This document shows, in pieces, positions 12,157-25,320 of a stretch of DNA of 64,000 nt (position 1 is the stretch's first letter; each line of letters opens with the position of its first letter). The DNA is from Octopus vulgaris. Taxonomy: Eukaryota. Location of the stretch: NCBI GenBank assembly GCA_951406725.2, contig OX597823.1:74834001-74898000 (forward strand), given 5' to 3'. The notes under the pieces are model-generated. The model saw nothing but the letters and a program-made list of their open reading frames with translations, was not told the origin of the DNA and did not search any database. A program made the position numbers and the translations under genes.

Positions 12157-12885
12157 CGTTTATAAATAATACCGGCACCCATAGCCCTTGGCAACAAATT
12201 CTGAAATAGCCTTTAAGATATCTACGATTAACCACTGCAAGGGGAATTACTCCTGTAAGACAAACGGGGCTTGGTTTTTTCACAGCGGGGGTTTCCTTGA
12301 CAAGGCAGGCTTAGATGAGAACACACACACACATAAAACATGATATATATATATTTTTTTTCTGCCACCCAACGGTCATCACGGCAGTAGCCACTGACAG
12401 CCGAACGATCAAACGCACACACGTACACAAAAAATGTTTTCTACCCCTACGCCAACACACACGTATATAGAACAGTATACACACACACACGTCTCTAAGT
12501 AGATTTTTTCTCGCCCCCTATAAAACATCCAATATTCCTTAAATAGTCAGAACTTTATTCTCGGTCACAAAGAACATCTACGCCCCCTCACCCACATGAT
12601 TGACCGATGCCTGACCCGTTGAATTCTTCAGCCACCGGTTCTCAACATACACTGATAAACAGTTTCGCCATGGGCTCTTAGGAGCATAGTTCGATTTGTT
12701 TTTGCTCCGCCTCTGTTCTGTTTTTGTTTTTCCAACGGATTTCCTATTTTCTTCCTGAAGAGAAAGACACAATATGGTCCCATTATTCCATCGGATTTTG
12801 GTAATTTGTGCCTTTCGAAACACGTGTAGAATGAAATAAAACGATTTCTGTTCAATCTGCGTTCAGCTCCATTTCTTCAATTCAC

Positions 12886-12888
<3 letters not shown>
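12152..12888 (+). repeat. pseudo-LTR/3' UTR, right arm of the inverted repeat
   Basis: Begins at the ORF stop codon (12154-12156) and ends at (TA)n. Confidence 0.95.
12745..12838 (+). ncRNA. type I hammerhead ribozyme
   Basis: Stem I TATTTTCTTC/GAATGAAATA; core CTGAAGA (12755-12761); stem II GAAAGACACAA/TTGTGCCTTTC; GAAA (12817-12820); palindromic stem III ACACGTGT; GUA cleavage triplet ending at 12828. Confidence 0.82.
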
Positions 12889-12923
<35 letters not shown>

Positions 12924-13619
12924 AGCATGCATATATTTATATGTTCATCAATGCGCGTACATTTAATCATAACAACATACATGTATACGTACGTACTGAC
13001 ACATATATGAGTAACTAAATGGTATTCTATATTCCTATATCAACGCAGCAATATATGTTATAATAATACGGACAACAGTAGTTTTTCCTGTATTATATCA
13101 CAATATATATGTGTGTGTATGTGTGTGTTTCACGTAATAAAATGTACGAACTGCGTCAGTTATTTTTATTTGGATATGTTAATACTTAGCGTTTAATAAT
13201 TCATCATTGATGATATACTTAGCTCTTAATATATTTGTCAGAGACTGAATCAAGGAAATTAAATACTTCTGAATGGAAAGTGAGTGTATATTTCTCTATA
13301 AAATATTAGAAGTAAAGACCAGTATATGTGCTACCTCGAAAACCAGAAGAGAAGTTATTAAAAATATATTTATCTGTGTATACTTCGAGAATAATAAATG
13401 CAATTTATTTCGAGCATATTCAAAGACTATGTAATCTATTCTCAGATATACTAGTTATTGCAATATTACATGCGGAAAAAATCCGTTATCCAAATAATTA
13501 TTATCAGGAACACAGCAAACATCACAATTGCATAGCCATTTGCTTGTTTTTCTTCCTTTTATTCCTAATTCATCAGAAATATAGAATCAGAACTTTTTTA
13601 CTGCTAATAGCATGTTAGT

Positions 13620-14140
13620 CCAGTACTATCCACAAAACAATGCCTGGACGTTAAAAAAAATCACAATGTGCATTTTAGCAACATTTGTAATAGATACAAC
13701 GGCGTAATAATAATGACGAGTCAGAATAAAATCCACATAGCTGCATTTACATTAAAGTATTAAGCAGATATATCTGCTTAACTACCAATACTTAAGCAAA
13801 GGGAAAATCAATAAAACGAATGTAACAAGACTAATGGGTTGCGTAAAACAGAAATAATGTTGAATTGGGATATTAGAAAGGAGCTTTTAAAGCAGTTTCG
13901 GCAATAGTGACGGGGAATGGGAAACACCATAGCTTTCCCAATATATGTAGAGATATTGAAAGAGCAATGTGCTGATCATTTGCAGATACGCTTTTCAATA
14001 AATGAGCATAGCGTATGTAACCCACATAACCAACTAGGCATTACAGAGAAATGTCATATATTAGGAGAGGAAATCGATATTTATACAAACGAACAGAAAT
14101 GATATCCAAACACCGTCAACGAAACACAATTTTATATTGT
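13620..14140 (+). pseudogene. decayed Naiad-type Penelope GIY-YIG C-terminus
   Basis: Broken frames give IYVEILKE...IRFSI...NP...LGITEKCHI and LYKRTEMISKHRQRN, matching the recalled family consensus LNKRSELISKCRHxN. Confidence 0.55.
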
Positions 14141-15174
14141 GCATTGCGGTAGGGAGATGAAATCCGATTCATCACCATTATACCGACATGAGTTGTACCT
14201 TACACCATACATGTTTACTTTTAAAACAAAGACATTTAAACGAAATATTCCTTGATACTTCCCAAAGACAGAAATATACGTACAAGTATATGTGTTTATA
14301 TAAATAAATAAATAAATATGCCTACAAATACACACACACAGACACATATGTATGTATGTAGCTATACTTCCTTTTTTATAGCCTTTTTGCGAAATGATGT
14401 ATAAGACAAACAATTTTTCATACCTGTGCATCAGTTATTTACAGGACTCTTCTAGCACCGCATATGCATGAATATGTTTCGATTATTTCTTTCTATATTG
14501 AAGGGGTATTTGTCGCATGTTCTATAAATATTTTTACAGTGTTTACTGTAATAATTTAAATATATTTTTGTTTACAACTTCTTAAGTTTATTATCTTCGA
14601 GAAGAACTTTTGTTGCCTAGCCTGTCTTTCATACATAGTAATTTTTGTGCTTTGCCCGCTAGAAGACCACAGTGTAAATCTTCGTGTAAGTGTGGTTATC
14701 ACCATTGGCGGTGCGTATCTGCGAGGTCAAATGAGGCCTACTAGATTTGTCACATTTCATATAAGCATATAAGATACACAGGGGACTCTACGTCCTCGTT
14801 CAGTTTTGCAGGTATGGGGAACATTAAGAATATCATTGTCCTCATTCATTTTGCATCTTCTCGTTCGTGTATCGTTATTAGTTGCGATTGCAGAGAACGA
14901 TGAATGAGAAATACTGCTAGTATCGTTGATACGGAATATCAAGCACAAACAAACAAACCCAAACACACACACATACACACACACACACATATGCACATAC
15001 GTGCGCGCACACACACGCAAACACACATACATGTATGTAAATATGTACAAGGAACTGAGGCATCCAGTATGCTGCTATAGATGTTTCGTTCATGAGGAAT
15101 TGTACGCATTCTTTCCTGCTTTCCTTTAGTCTCTCTAAAACATCTTGCATATTTAATACTAGTATATTTTATAG

Positions 15175-15566
15175 GTGGAGGCGCAATGGCCCAGTGGTTA
15201 GAGCAGCGGACTCGCGGTCATAGGATCGCGGTTTCGATTCCCAGACCGGGCGTTGTGTGTGTTTATTGAGCGAAAACACCTAAAAGCTCCACGAGGCTCC
15301 GGCAGGGGATGGTGGTGATCCCTGCTGTACTCTTTCACCACAACTTTCTCTCACTCTTACTTCCTGTTTCTGTTGTACCTGTATTTCAAAAGGGCCGGCC
15401 TTGTCACTCTCTGTGTCACGCTGAATATCCCCGAGAACTACATTAAGGGTACACGTGTCTGTGGAGTTCTCAGCCACTTACACGTTAATTTCACGAGCAG
15501 GCTGTTCCGTTGATTCGGATCAACCGGAACCCTCGTCGTCGTAAACGACGGAGTGCTTCCAATCCA
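15175..15566 (+). mobile_element. tRNA-derived SINE (Octopus OR1-like), full length
   Basis: A-box TGGCCCAGTGG and B-box GTTTCGATTCC; TSD ATATTTTATAG at 15164-15174 and 15567-15577. Confidence 0.85.
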
Positions 15567-15724
15567 ATATTTTATAGATATTGATTGTCAATGTTTTGGT
15601 CACCCCTTCTATATAATGCTTAAGTGGCGAATAAGGTTACAAATGTGTTCTGTATTCGCTGATATGAACTCTCATTTTAGAACATGCACATATACACAGG
15701 CACTTCTACATCATATATTGGAGT

Positions 15725-16075
15725 GCGGGCTTAAAATTTCATAGGCTCCATATGAAGCATTTATGCTAGACTTGTGAAATCATTCATGCATTAACTTCTC
15801 TTCATATAAATAAATGCGTTGTTTCATTCGATGTACACTGACATCGGACTGTTCAAGGAAAACTTCAACTCTAACTATTACATACGTCTCTGGAAGATAG
15901 AATTAAAATTGGCATCGTACTGTTCTCGACGAAATGCAAACTACTGGCATAGCGCTACAACACCTTCAAGCTGACATGCCTGCTGCCTTAAAGGATGACG
16001 CACCAGCTTCATCAACAGTATAAAATGCACTCCTAAATTTAGAAGAGAAAGTCTCGAAGATGACCCTAGGGCCTA
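15725..16075 (+). mobile_element. mariner transposon 5' relic
   Basis: ADMPAALKDDAPASSTV...SLEDDPR (mariner HTH region). Related to the copy at 47690-48435. Confidence 0.65.
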
Positions 16076-16249
16076 GGCATCCTTTAAACGTGTGTGTGTT
16101 AAAGTATGTATACAGATATATGTGAAACAGAACATCGATGAGTATCTGCACAATGTGAACCCACTCGATATTAGTACTAAGGGTGCAGAAGTCCACCCGT
16201 TGGCGTTCAGAAATGTGGTGTGCAACTCTACACTCACTCATCTGGAACA

Positions 16250-17080
16250 GAACACGCGCTGAAACGAAGACTGCCCTGAGGACAACGACCAGGAGACTCA
16301 AGAGAAATGATCAATTACTGGCTCAACAACAACGCGGACGAAATACAGTAGTACGCTCTCAGTATCATCTCCAATCCCTTCTGCGATTCTCTGATAGACT
16401 ATGCACAGGACACAGCCCTCCGCAACACCACTGTTGATAGGATCACTCTCCTCACTGACAAAAATGGAATCAAGTCCATCAGCGTAGTTCATCAGTTTTA
16501 AGACGGCATACTCACTCGGGTCGGGGATAACGGAGATTCCTCCGTTGCATTTCCTGTCACTGACAATATGACTCATGGCTGTGTATTCGCAAGATCTTCT
16601 CATCTATGCTGTCGGTGTCCTTCTGCAACGACGACGAGGCCAACTGGTGTTCTATTCTACGGCGGCTACAAGCCACAGCTAGGTAGAAGAAGAATCGCTG
16701 CATAATTTCCTGTTCCCAGAGGAGCGTGCACTTAGCACGACCACAGATGCTCACATGCAGCTGGACAAGAACCGCTTTGTCATTGTCTGCAACGACTTTG
16801 GCCTCACAATCAATAGTCAGAAGAAAGAAGTCATGCACCAACCGGCCGTTCGGAAGCCGTAGGTTCAACCAAATATTACTCTAGAAATGATGCCTTGTAT
16901 GTTGTTGATAAGTTCACGTTCCTCGGTAGCACAATCTTCAGATCTGTGAACTTTGACGATGAAGTCGACACACGCATTGCCAAATGAAGCTCAGCATTCG
17001 GACGACTACGTAAAACAGTGTCGGATTGGACAGGCATTAGGCTGGCTATCAAAGTGAAGGTGTAACAAGCAATTGTACAG
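16250..17080 (+). mobile_element. RTE-clade LINE reverse-transcriptase relic
   Basis: RVGDNGDSSVAFPVT; FLFPEERAL (decayed FADDCAL); CNDFGLTINSQKKEVMHQPA; DKFTFLGST...DDEVDTRIAK*SSAFGRLRK. Contains stops and frameshifts. Confidence 0.8.
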
Positions 17081-18317
17081 CCCTACAAAAAATTGCAAGT
17101 CTGCAGGATGTAGACGGTTTACTACGACACACCATGAGCTAAAACGTCTCCAACCATTTACTCACTACTTGTTCGAATGCCTGTCACGCGACTCCCAAAA
17201 TCCAGAGCCAACGCATTGCTTTCAGCAACAGAAGGCTACTGGTGCCCGACCTTCAGCAGAGCCTTGCGAGCTCCCAAAGGATCATAACATACGTAAGCAA
17301 AATTGCACATTAGCAGTACAAGACGAAACGTTGTCTGCAGGTTGTCAGCTCACGTTCATGATTTTAATTCAAGGGATATATTTATATATTTATATATGGC
17401 TTTTCTTTATTGTCCACTGGTACGTACGTAATACCTTTGTTTTATTAGGTATTTGACTAGTTATTTCGAAGATTACTGGGCCTATATTTTGCGTCAGTTC
17501 TTTATTTTGCTTGATTAATTTATTTAAGATTTCATCGACATTCAGACTCGTATATGATTGTTGTTGTAGTTTTTCTGTTCATAAATTATATGCGTGGATA
17601 ATGTGTCCTTCCATAGAAGTGGAAACATATTGCTTGTTTTTTCTGTATTTATCTATGTAACTAATTTGACCTTTCAAATTTGTGAGTTGCAATTGTTTCT
17701 TTTTTCTTTCGTAAAGGCTTTCCATATTTAAATTCCAAATATTTGTATTTGCTATTTTAGGATCAGGCATTCCACATTTTCGTGCTGTACATAAGGTCAG
17801 TTTCCCATGTTCGTTTACGATAAACTTGACTTCAAGGAATACCGATACTTTTGCGACTATGATTTTAATTTTCCAGTTACTTAGTTGTATAATATTTCTT
17901 AGATCAAGTTCTACCTAATAACACTAGGCAAGATTGAAGGTTAAAGAATGGGATTGGAACTAAGAATATGTCATGAGAATTAAAACAATTTATTGTTCAC
18001 TGGGGAAAGACAATTCTTTAGTTATACTCTTCCATTAATTTGTCATGAAAATATTATCTGCTACTTACGTATTTCATATAAGATGATGAAAATATTTAAC
18101 TGTAAACACTGAAATTCCGACAACAATAATCGCACCAATTATGCTGGCGTTCTTTAATATAGTCTGACAGCAATAAACGTCAGTATGAAATAGTGAAGTT
18201 AATTGTCGATTTCACAAATATCTGAAAGAAACCTATATGCGTATATGTATATCTAACATCAAATTACATATCCTATCAATATAAATACACATACACACAA
18301 GCACGAACGCGCACACA

Positions 18318-18321
<4 letters not shown>

Positions 18322-18400
<79 letters not shown>

Positions 18401-18640
18401 ATGTATGTATCAATGTATGTATGTATTTATCCTTACATTTCTCTCTCTCCCTCCCTCTATCCCTCCCTCACTCCTATATCTCTCTATATATATACATGTA
18501 TATATATATATGTATATATACAAAAATATATGCATACACGCACATGTGTATGTATACGTTTATATATATTTGTTACTATAATGTGTGCGTATGTGTTTGT
18601 GTGTGTATGTGCATGTTTCTATTTATGCATGTATGTATTC
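18322..18640. repeat. compound (TA)n/(TG)n/(CT)n microsatellite
   Basis: Directly visible. Confidence 0.9.
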
Positions 18641-19467
18641 GAGGCGCTACTGTTTGCAACATCTAATTCGCATGTTCCCTAATTGTAGAAATCGAACGAC
18701 AATTCTTCATGCGAAAGCTTGACATTCGAAATATCATTCTTTGAAATAATAATTTACTTCATGGCCACAAATATGTGAAATTATGCAAAAGTTCAGCCTT
18801 CGTGTGGATTATAACACACCATTAGTGCCCTCTTTGAGATAATTCCATATTAATTTCCTAGTTAGAGACGAGAATATCTTGCTATAACTTACGATTTATT
18901 TTCTTTTGCATCCACAGAATTTAAATATAAGAAACATTGTGAAACACGAAAGAAAATCGCTCAAAAAATATTACCGCAACCATCTCTGTGTACACTGAGC
19001 ATATCGAATCTTGTGCTATCCTTCAAACAGAAAAGTACTGCCACATTAAATTTTAGAGGCATATTTATGTTTCAGACAGTATTTCTAATCCATACGATAT
19101 ATGTATTCCGAATATTTAGCATCTTATCTATTTTTCCAATCGGTATGAATTAAACCTCTAGATATATGTGCACATTATTTCACTTAACACGAAGGAATCC
19201 AGGGAATGCTACTTTCGATCATTATCATGAAAATACATTATATTCCACAAAATAAAAAAAAAAAACGAAATAGGTTAAGTGAATATATTACGACTGGTGC
19301 TAATATTTTTGTAAATATAACCCAAAATGTAAATGATTCTTCATCTGTACTGAACGGGTGTTGTTTAAATTCTGCCAACAAATACATCATTGATTTCTAT
19401 AGTAATATAATAGTCGCGGGTTGGTGGAATGTCGTTTCCAATTCCACGAATTACAATTACTTGCAAA

Positions 19468-19860
19468 TCTATTATATAAAATCCGTTCTGTCCGTCTGTG
19501 TGTGTGTTCTAGGATCTCGGGCATCCTCCATCCCATTGCGCTCAAATTTGATATGTAGATACCGACGGTATCAAGGCGTGTATAGATCTGGAAAAATTAC
19601 AAAATTCGATTCCAGGTGAGAATGCGATCGATAAAGCCGTGGGAACGTGCATTGGTAAAATAGTTTTTCTTGGAATAGAAAAAAAGTCTATCTTTATTTC
19701 ATCTTTTGCTGGTGTCTCAAATTTAGTTTAGATCAGTGTTTCTCGAAGGGAAGGCCTATGGGACGGTCGGACAAGTTGTTTTGAGAAAATATGGTTTATA
19801 TGTTTGAAAACTCAGCACCGTCCATTGGACGGGGAGGGGGCGTGTTGCTCGTATGTACTA
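19468..19860 (+). mobile_element. probable non-autonomous Helitron 5' end
   Basis: A^TCTATTATATAAAATCCGTTCTGTCCGTCTGTG start is typical of Helitron 5' termini, and local GC rises. 3' CTAG end not identified. Confidence 0.45.
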
Positions 19861-21069
19861 ATTGATTCTGCCGGTAAAAATACATTCTGCATTTACTCTG
19901 AACAACTTACTTAATATTCTGTCTGATTAAAAACTGGGTGAATAAATTCTAATAATTTCAGGTTAACATATGAGTAATTATTGCTGTCTTAACTCATTGC
20001 CCTCGTTGTCTGATTCTGTTGACTTCTGAAATTCATTGCCGAGATCTTATAACAAATGAGTTTTCCATTATCGGGCCATTATCTTCGTTTGAAAATAATT
20101 TCGCCTCTGATTGAAAATGTCTCTAATATAAATGATCACTACGAGTAATCTTGACGAGCAGTCTCACATAATTCTAAATATTTCATAATCGGAATGGAGA
20201 TTACACTTTCTGCATTCGGTATAACATTACGGAAACTGTTATAAAAATTTGCACTTCAATGTTTAAAACAATACTTTTATATGCCTATGTACAATCTCTA
20301 TCCATTTGCCAATCAGCAATTTCAAAATGTTACCGTGACTTTTTTCCTGAATAATAAAGTGTAATAATTTAGGTTATAATTTGTAGGGACAATTTTTATG
20401 TATTTGAAAAGAACGTATCCAAGCAGAGATAATCTTATGCGCTCAATGTGAGTATTGTATGATAGAATATTAACTCACATACTTGGCCTTGGCATAAATT
20501 ACTACTTATATGATAAGGCACATCTTGCAGAAAATTTTAGACGCCGTTGATGCAACGTGCTTGCATATTCAGATGATCATTAATATTGAATATAATTACC
20601 CAGTAACTTGCAACTGCTGCTCTGCATGCTAACAATTTTTGCCAATCGTACTTCACACATTTGGAAGCATTTTTCATGGAAACTTATAATACTTTTACTC
20701 GGTTCGTTTTGGCGTCTGAAAAATATTGGGTAATTTCGTAGTCTCTGAGGTAGATATTCGTTGCTATCAATTCTCTATCATAGTTTAGTATGTACGCTGA
20801 AGTGTGTTTATGAAACACGTTAATAAAATATATACCGTTTCAGAAATAAAGCCTTTAAGCTGACATTTGTTATCGACGAAAAACTATAGTTAATATTTTG
20901 AGAATAATAAGTGCTTATATTTAAGTTTCTGTAAGAGACACATTTATTTGGTTACTTAATTAATATAGGAATTTCTCATTTTACAAAATTCATCTACAAT
21001 GCTGATGACTGTTTATATACTGACATCATGTTTATATTCGTATGATGTTGCACCAACATTTGGAAGTCT

Positions 21070-21990
21070 TTGTGTTGGATAAGAGCATATTAGAAAGAAA
21101 CAAAACTGTTCAGAAATGAACATCTCAGGCGGATGAGACTTAAATTGAATGGAATAAATGAGATCAAGGCAATGAATATATGCGCTCTGCCCATCATGCG
21201 CTACGGAACAGGAATTACCAAATGGAAAAATTACGAATTATTGATAGGAAAGCTACGAAATTAATGACAGTGCATAAAGATGTCCATCCAAGGAGTTACA
21301 TTTCAATACGTTATGATGGAAGAGAGAAAGGAAGATTAATAATTCGTTGAAATTGCGTCAATAGCAAAGAACGCAACTTGGCTTGGTAACATTGTGTCAA
21401 AAGTAAGACATATCAACACATTAAAATCTGTTGAAGCTGAACGTACGTGTGCAAATAGAACTTGAAATTGAATAGAATGAGTAGCTTATTTATGGGGCAG
21501 AACACTAGAGATAATGTAGGCACTAGGATAAGAGTTGGTCGTGGCTTAGAAATCGCGATCAGAAAGTACGCTCTCTGAAATAACTACATTAAGCATCATG
21601 TTTACAAAACCAATGAGTGACCATTATGTGAAATATGTGGAACAAAAGTTGAAACGACCAGTGATCTACTAAGCGAAAGTGTTAAGGTAGCATGGTGAGA
21701 ATATAAGAGACAGGATAATGTTGTCAAATATATCCACTGGATAATATCAGCGGTTTTCAGTGCAGCTAAATGGTAAAAACCAAAGCCAAAAGGATTGTTA
21801 GAGAATGAGAAATTTAAGCTTTTATGGGACTTCAACACCGAATCAATAGAATAATTCTGGCAAGAATTTCGGACATTGCTGTTGTCAACTAGAAAACAGA
21901 CTCAAATTATCGAAATATGTACCCCAGAAGGTTATAGGGTGAATGATAAAGAACATGAAAAGATGTAGAACACTGGGCCCCTGAACGAGG
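21070..21990 (+). mobile_element. R4/Dong-like non-LTR retrotransposon relic (RT thumb, CCHC, restriction-like endonuclease)
   Basis: KLNGINEIKAMNICALPIMRYGTGITKW..DRKATKLMTVHKDVHPRS; CEICGTKVET..LLS; YKRQDNVVKYIHW; ENEKFKLLWDFN..RISDIAVV..QIIEICTP. Many stops. Confidence 0.75.
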
Positions 21991-22346
21991 AGTGTTCAAT
22001 GTTGTGAGGGTTGAACACCGTTTCAAGGTTATTAAAGCATCGGATTCATATCGGACATTTTCTTCCATTCAAGTTTGACTATATTAAAAGTCTCATTTCT
22101 GAACATCTCACCCATTTCTGTTTCTTTGATCATATCCAACACAAAGACTCGCACATACTTGTATTTTTTCTCTTCCACTTTTGTAATAACCATCTTTGCA
22201 AGCTCTAGTCTTTGTTAGTATTCTATGTTACAGTATCACATTTTGTAAATTCAAACATCATGACTAATCAAGATTATAGTAGATGTTAAACTGTCAATTT
22301 CGTCCTAATATTTGGAATATGACTTTAAACCATTCATGAATAACAG

Positions 22347-22448
22347 GTGGGTGACGAAATACGGCTATGCATTTCGCCCGGTGTGTTAATGTTTCTACCA
22401 GCTCGCCGCCTTCATATTATTATCATCATTATCATCATTATCATCATG

Positions 22449-22507
<59 letters not shown>

Positions 22508-22660
22508 GGTTAAATTTGTCGTAATTATTATTTTAACAAAGGGGCAGTTTTGCAAAATCACTAGTAGCATTTCCTTATTTACCATCTTTGTCCAAATTCT
22601 GCCGAGGCTGACTTTGCATTTCATACGCTCGGTGTCGATAAAATATGTACCAGTCAAGAA
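22347..22660 (+). mobile_element. rearranged SINE fragments around an (ATT)n tract
   Basis: Minus-strand SINE head (22355-22411), (ATT)n at ~22416-22506, and plus-strand SINE body AAATTCTGCCGAGGCTGACTTTGCATTTCAT...GTCGATAAA. Confidence 0.6.
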
Positions 22661-25073
22661 CTGCTATTGAATCTGTGCCAAAAGTTGAAACCATTATTAT
22701 TATTATTTCAACATCATTATCGTTCTCTGTTGAGCTAGTCAGAATATTTTTCGAATTTTGTTTTCTTGTCACACTTCATAGAAGACTAATTACTATGTGG
22801 AAATTAAAGTTCGTATGGAACTTACGCGCAGAATGATGGATTCATAAATCTTAGAATCTAGGCATGAAGCATAGGAAAAAACAAAATTTATTATATTTTT
22901 AGCAAAATATAATTCTTTCTATGTTGTCTGCGTATGAAAAATGGGTAGAAAATTTGCTACTCACGTTGCTTAACAACGAAATACATGGCAAAGCGGGCAT
23001 CACTTGCATGCGTATATTATACACAAAGAAGAAGAAAATATTGACGAAGACAAAGAATAAATTAAAATTAATGACAAATCCATTGAGAGTGGCGTTAGCT
23101 TGAATAATGTTAGACTAAGTTTTGGCAATAACAGAATCGCGACAACACACATATACGGTGTTGTGTCTAAATATTTAGAACATTGCAGATATGTTCAATT
23201 TCAGTTGTGTGATGAATTTTGGGATCTATCGATTTCCTTCGAGTAGATTCCATTTAGTAAGACCATGTCCCGTTATAATTTCGCTTTTTGAATAAAAATA
23301 TATTGCAGACGTTGCAAATCATACACTAATTTAATCTTGCGTTTTAAAGAAAAGCAGAACCATTTAATGATGAAAGGGGAAATGGAATAATTCCTAAATG
23401 ACATAACGAAGTAAAATTCATCCGATTCAGAATGTTAGTGTAAAAGGGATTTTATGCTGAGAATTTAGGAATAAGCCAACAACAGACTGCAGGCTTCAAT
23501 AGTGATACACACATGTGTTCTGATATAAAGTTATATCTCAGTACCTGAAAAAGAGAAAAACAAATGTTAAGGTCTTGATGACTTATCGGCTCCTTTACGT
23601 TGCTCTATGTGTGTCATAATGAATGTGACGATATATTTTATACCATCGGGAAGGATTAGAAAGAACTTAGAATTCCTATTGATCGTTGAATACATCAACA
23701 CCGTACAGAAACTGTACTGTAAATGAATATTTAAGACAAAGAATTAAGAAATGATGGCGCAGAAGGAAATTTCAGCTATCACACAGACAATTAAATAAAT
23801 GTCTTTAAAATTAAGCAGCTTTGAAACTGAATAGAAAATGAAGACGGGAAATACCGTCAGATACAGTAGCAGAGACAACAGGCACCGTGTGCCACGTAAA
23901 AGTAAACACATACCAAAGCTCTTGACCTAGCACAGCGGCGCCTTCATATTTGATTAAGAAGTAACATAGCAGAAACTCAATGAATATCATATGAGTTAAG
24001 GCGAGCAGAAGCCTAATAATTGATGAATAATGACCAAAAGAAATTAGGTTCAATTGTGAGTAAGTTTCAGCTAAGCACAGTGTTAGGGATTGATATTTGT
24101 ACACCATAATATCGAAACCTTTATAGATAAGTATTTTAAAGTGTAACTCGAATTTCAATGAATAAAACTGCAGTTTCTTCTTAATGCTATCTGCTTCATA
24201 TCATGATAAAATGAAACATTACTCTTTGCTCACGAAATCATTTATTAATGTAACTTTTTCTTTTTTTATTTTATAATTTTAAAATCTCTCATCATAGCAT
24301 GTATTTTTCTTTCGATTCGAAAGTCCAAAATTTTAGGTGGCGTACATGAGTGATAGCGGCTCTAACGCGTATAATTTACTGGGCCTGAGAACTCTTCTAA
24401 ATTGAGAGTTTAATACTGAATTTTATTTGTAATTACATCATGCATCATCCATGTAAATGGACTATCAAGAAAAGCAAAATATTTATTTGCTATGAAAATG
24501 AGTCACTTAAGTGTCACGAAGCAACATTAAATAAATAATATGCATATGAAACCATATTTTTCTCTATTGTGAAGGCGCAGACTTCGGGTGTGTTTTTCGC
24601 AGGGATGTAGTCTTGGGGACGTTTTTCGCAGCTAAACATGGAATACTTAAGCGGTTCATAGGACGCAAGCATTCTGAATGTCATAAGATAAGAAAACCGA
24701 ATCGCACTTTCGAAAATCTATGACAATTGGTTCCCCAAGTTCGCGTATAGGAATACGTGTTAAATATGATGACACAAATATATTAAATTCAACGATGTTT
24801 CCTGCCAATTTAGTAAATTAATTCCAGCTTGCAGAGCTTTACACACGTCAGCTAATGTCCTACGTGCTATTTTTATGCATACGGACATTGACTTGTAGGT
24901 CTCTCAAAGATTTTTATCACTAGTTGATAATTTGTAACGACGCAGAAATGTCTGAGATCTATGATGAGATGACATCATTCCTAGCTAAATGAGGTTTCAC
25001 ACATTGTTTATGACAAAACAATTTCTACGTCCAAATGTAAACGGACAATTAAATAAAATTGCGCATGCGTAAC

Positions 25074-25320
25074 ATCATCATTCTTGCGCATAATCAATCC
25101 ACTGTCGGACGATTGCTTTAGTGTTTTCTCCACCAACTGCAGTCTGTGTGTTCCTCATCCACTTTTGAGTACCGAACAATTTAACAAAATCTTCATTCCA
25201 TGTTGTGCATGGGCTTCCCTTCCGTCGCCTGTCTAGATGTAGTGTCCACTCTGTTAATTTCATATTCCGTCCATTGTCCTTTCTTTTAATCGTATGCTCC
25301 ACGAAATCATTTTAGAGACT
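25074..25320 (-). mobile_element. RTE-type LINE 3' end
   Basis: HTIKRKDNGRNMKLTEW...RRRKGSPCTTWNEDFVKLFG..WMR...IVRQW, followed by a (TGA)n tail. Confidence 0.6.

Larger units (their letters stand above)
9642..12888 (+). mobile_element. Penelope-like retroelement (Naiad-type), 5'-truncated, with inverted pseudo-LTR, inserted in (TA)n
   Basis: RT C-terminus plus GIY-YIG ORF flanked by ~735-bp inverted repeats carrying hammerhead ribozymes. (TA)n on both sides (9589-9642 and 12889-12921). Confidence 0.9.

Noticed and set aside
10492-12300. Selenoprotein recoding, reported for some Naiad elements
   Set aside because: No in-frame TGA in this ORF; it ends in TAG at the expected C-terminus.
15175-15250. 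Possible tRNA genes (also 4490 and 8985)
   Set aside because: A/B boxes run into SINE bodies with tails or TSDs; no complete cloverleaf.
19900-20760. Possible hAT transposase relic on the minus strand (AAVASYWV)
   Set aside because: Too decayed to support without a database search.
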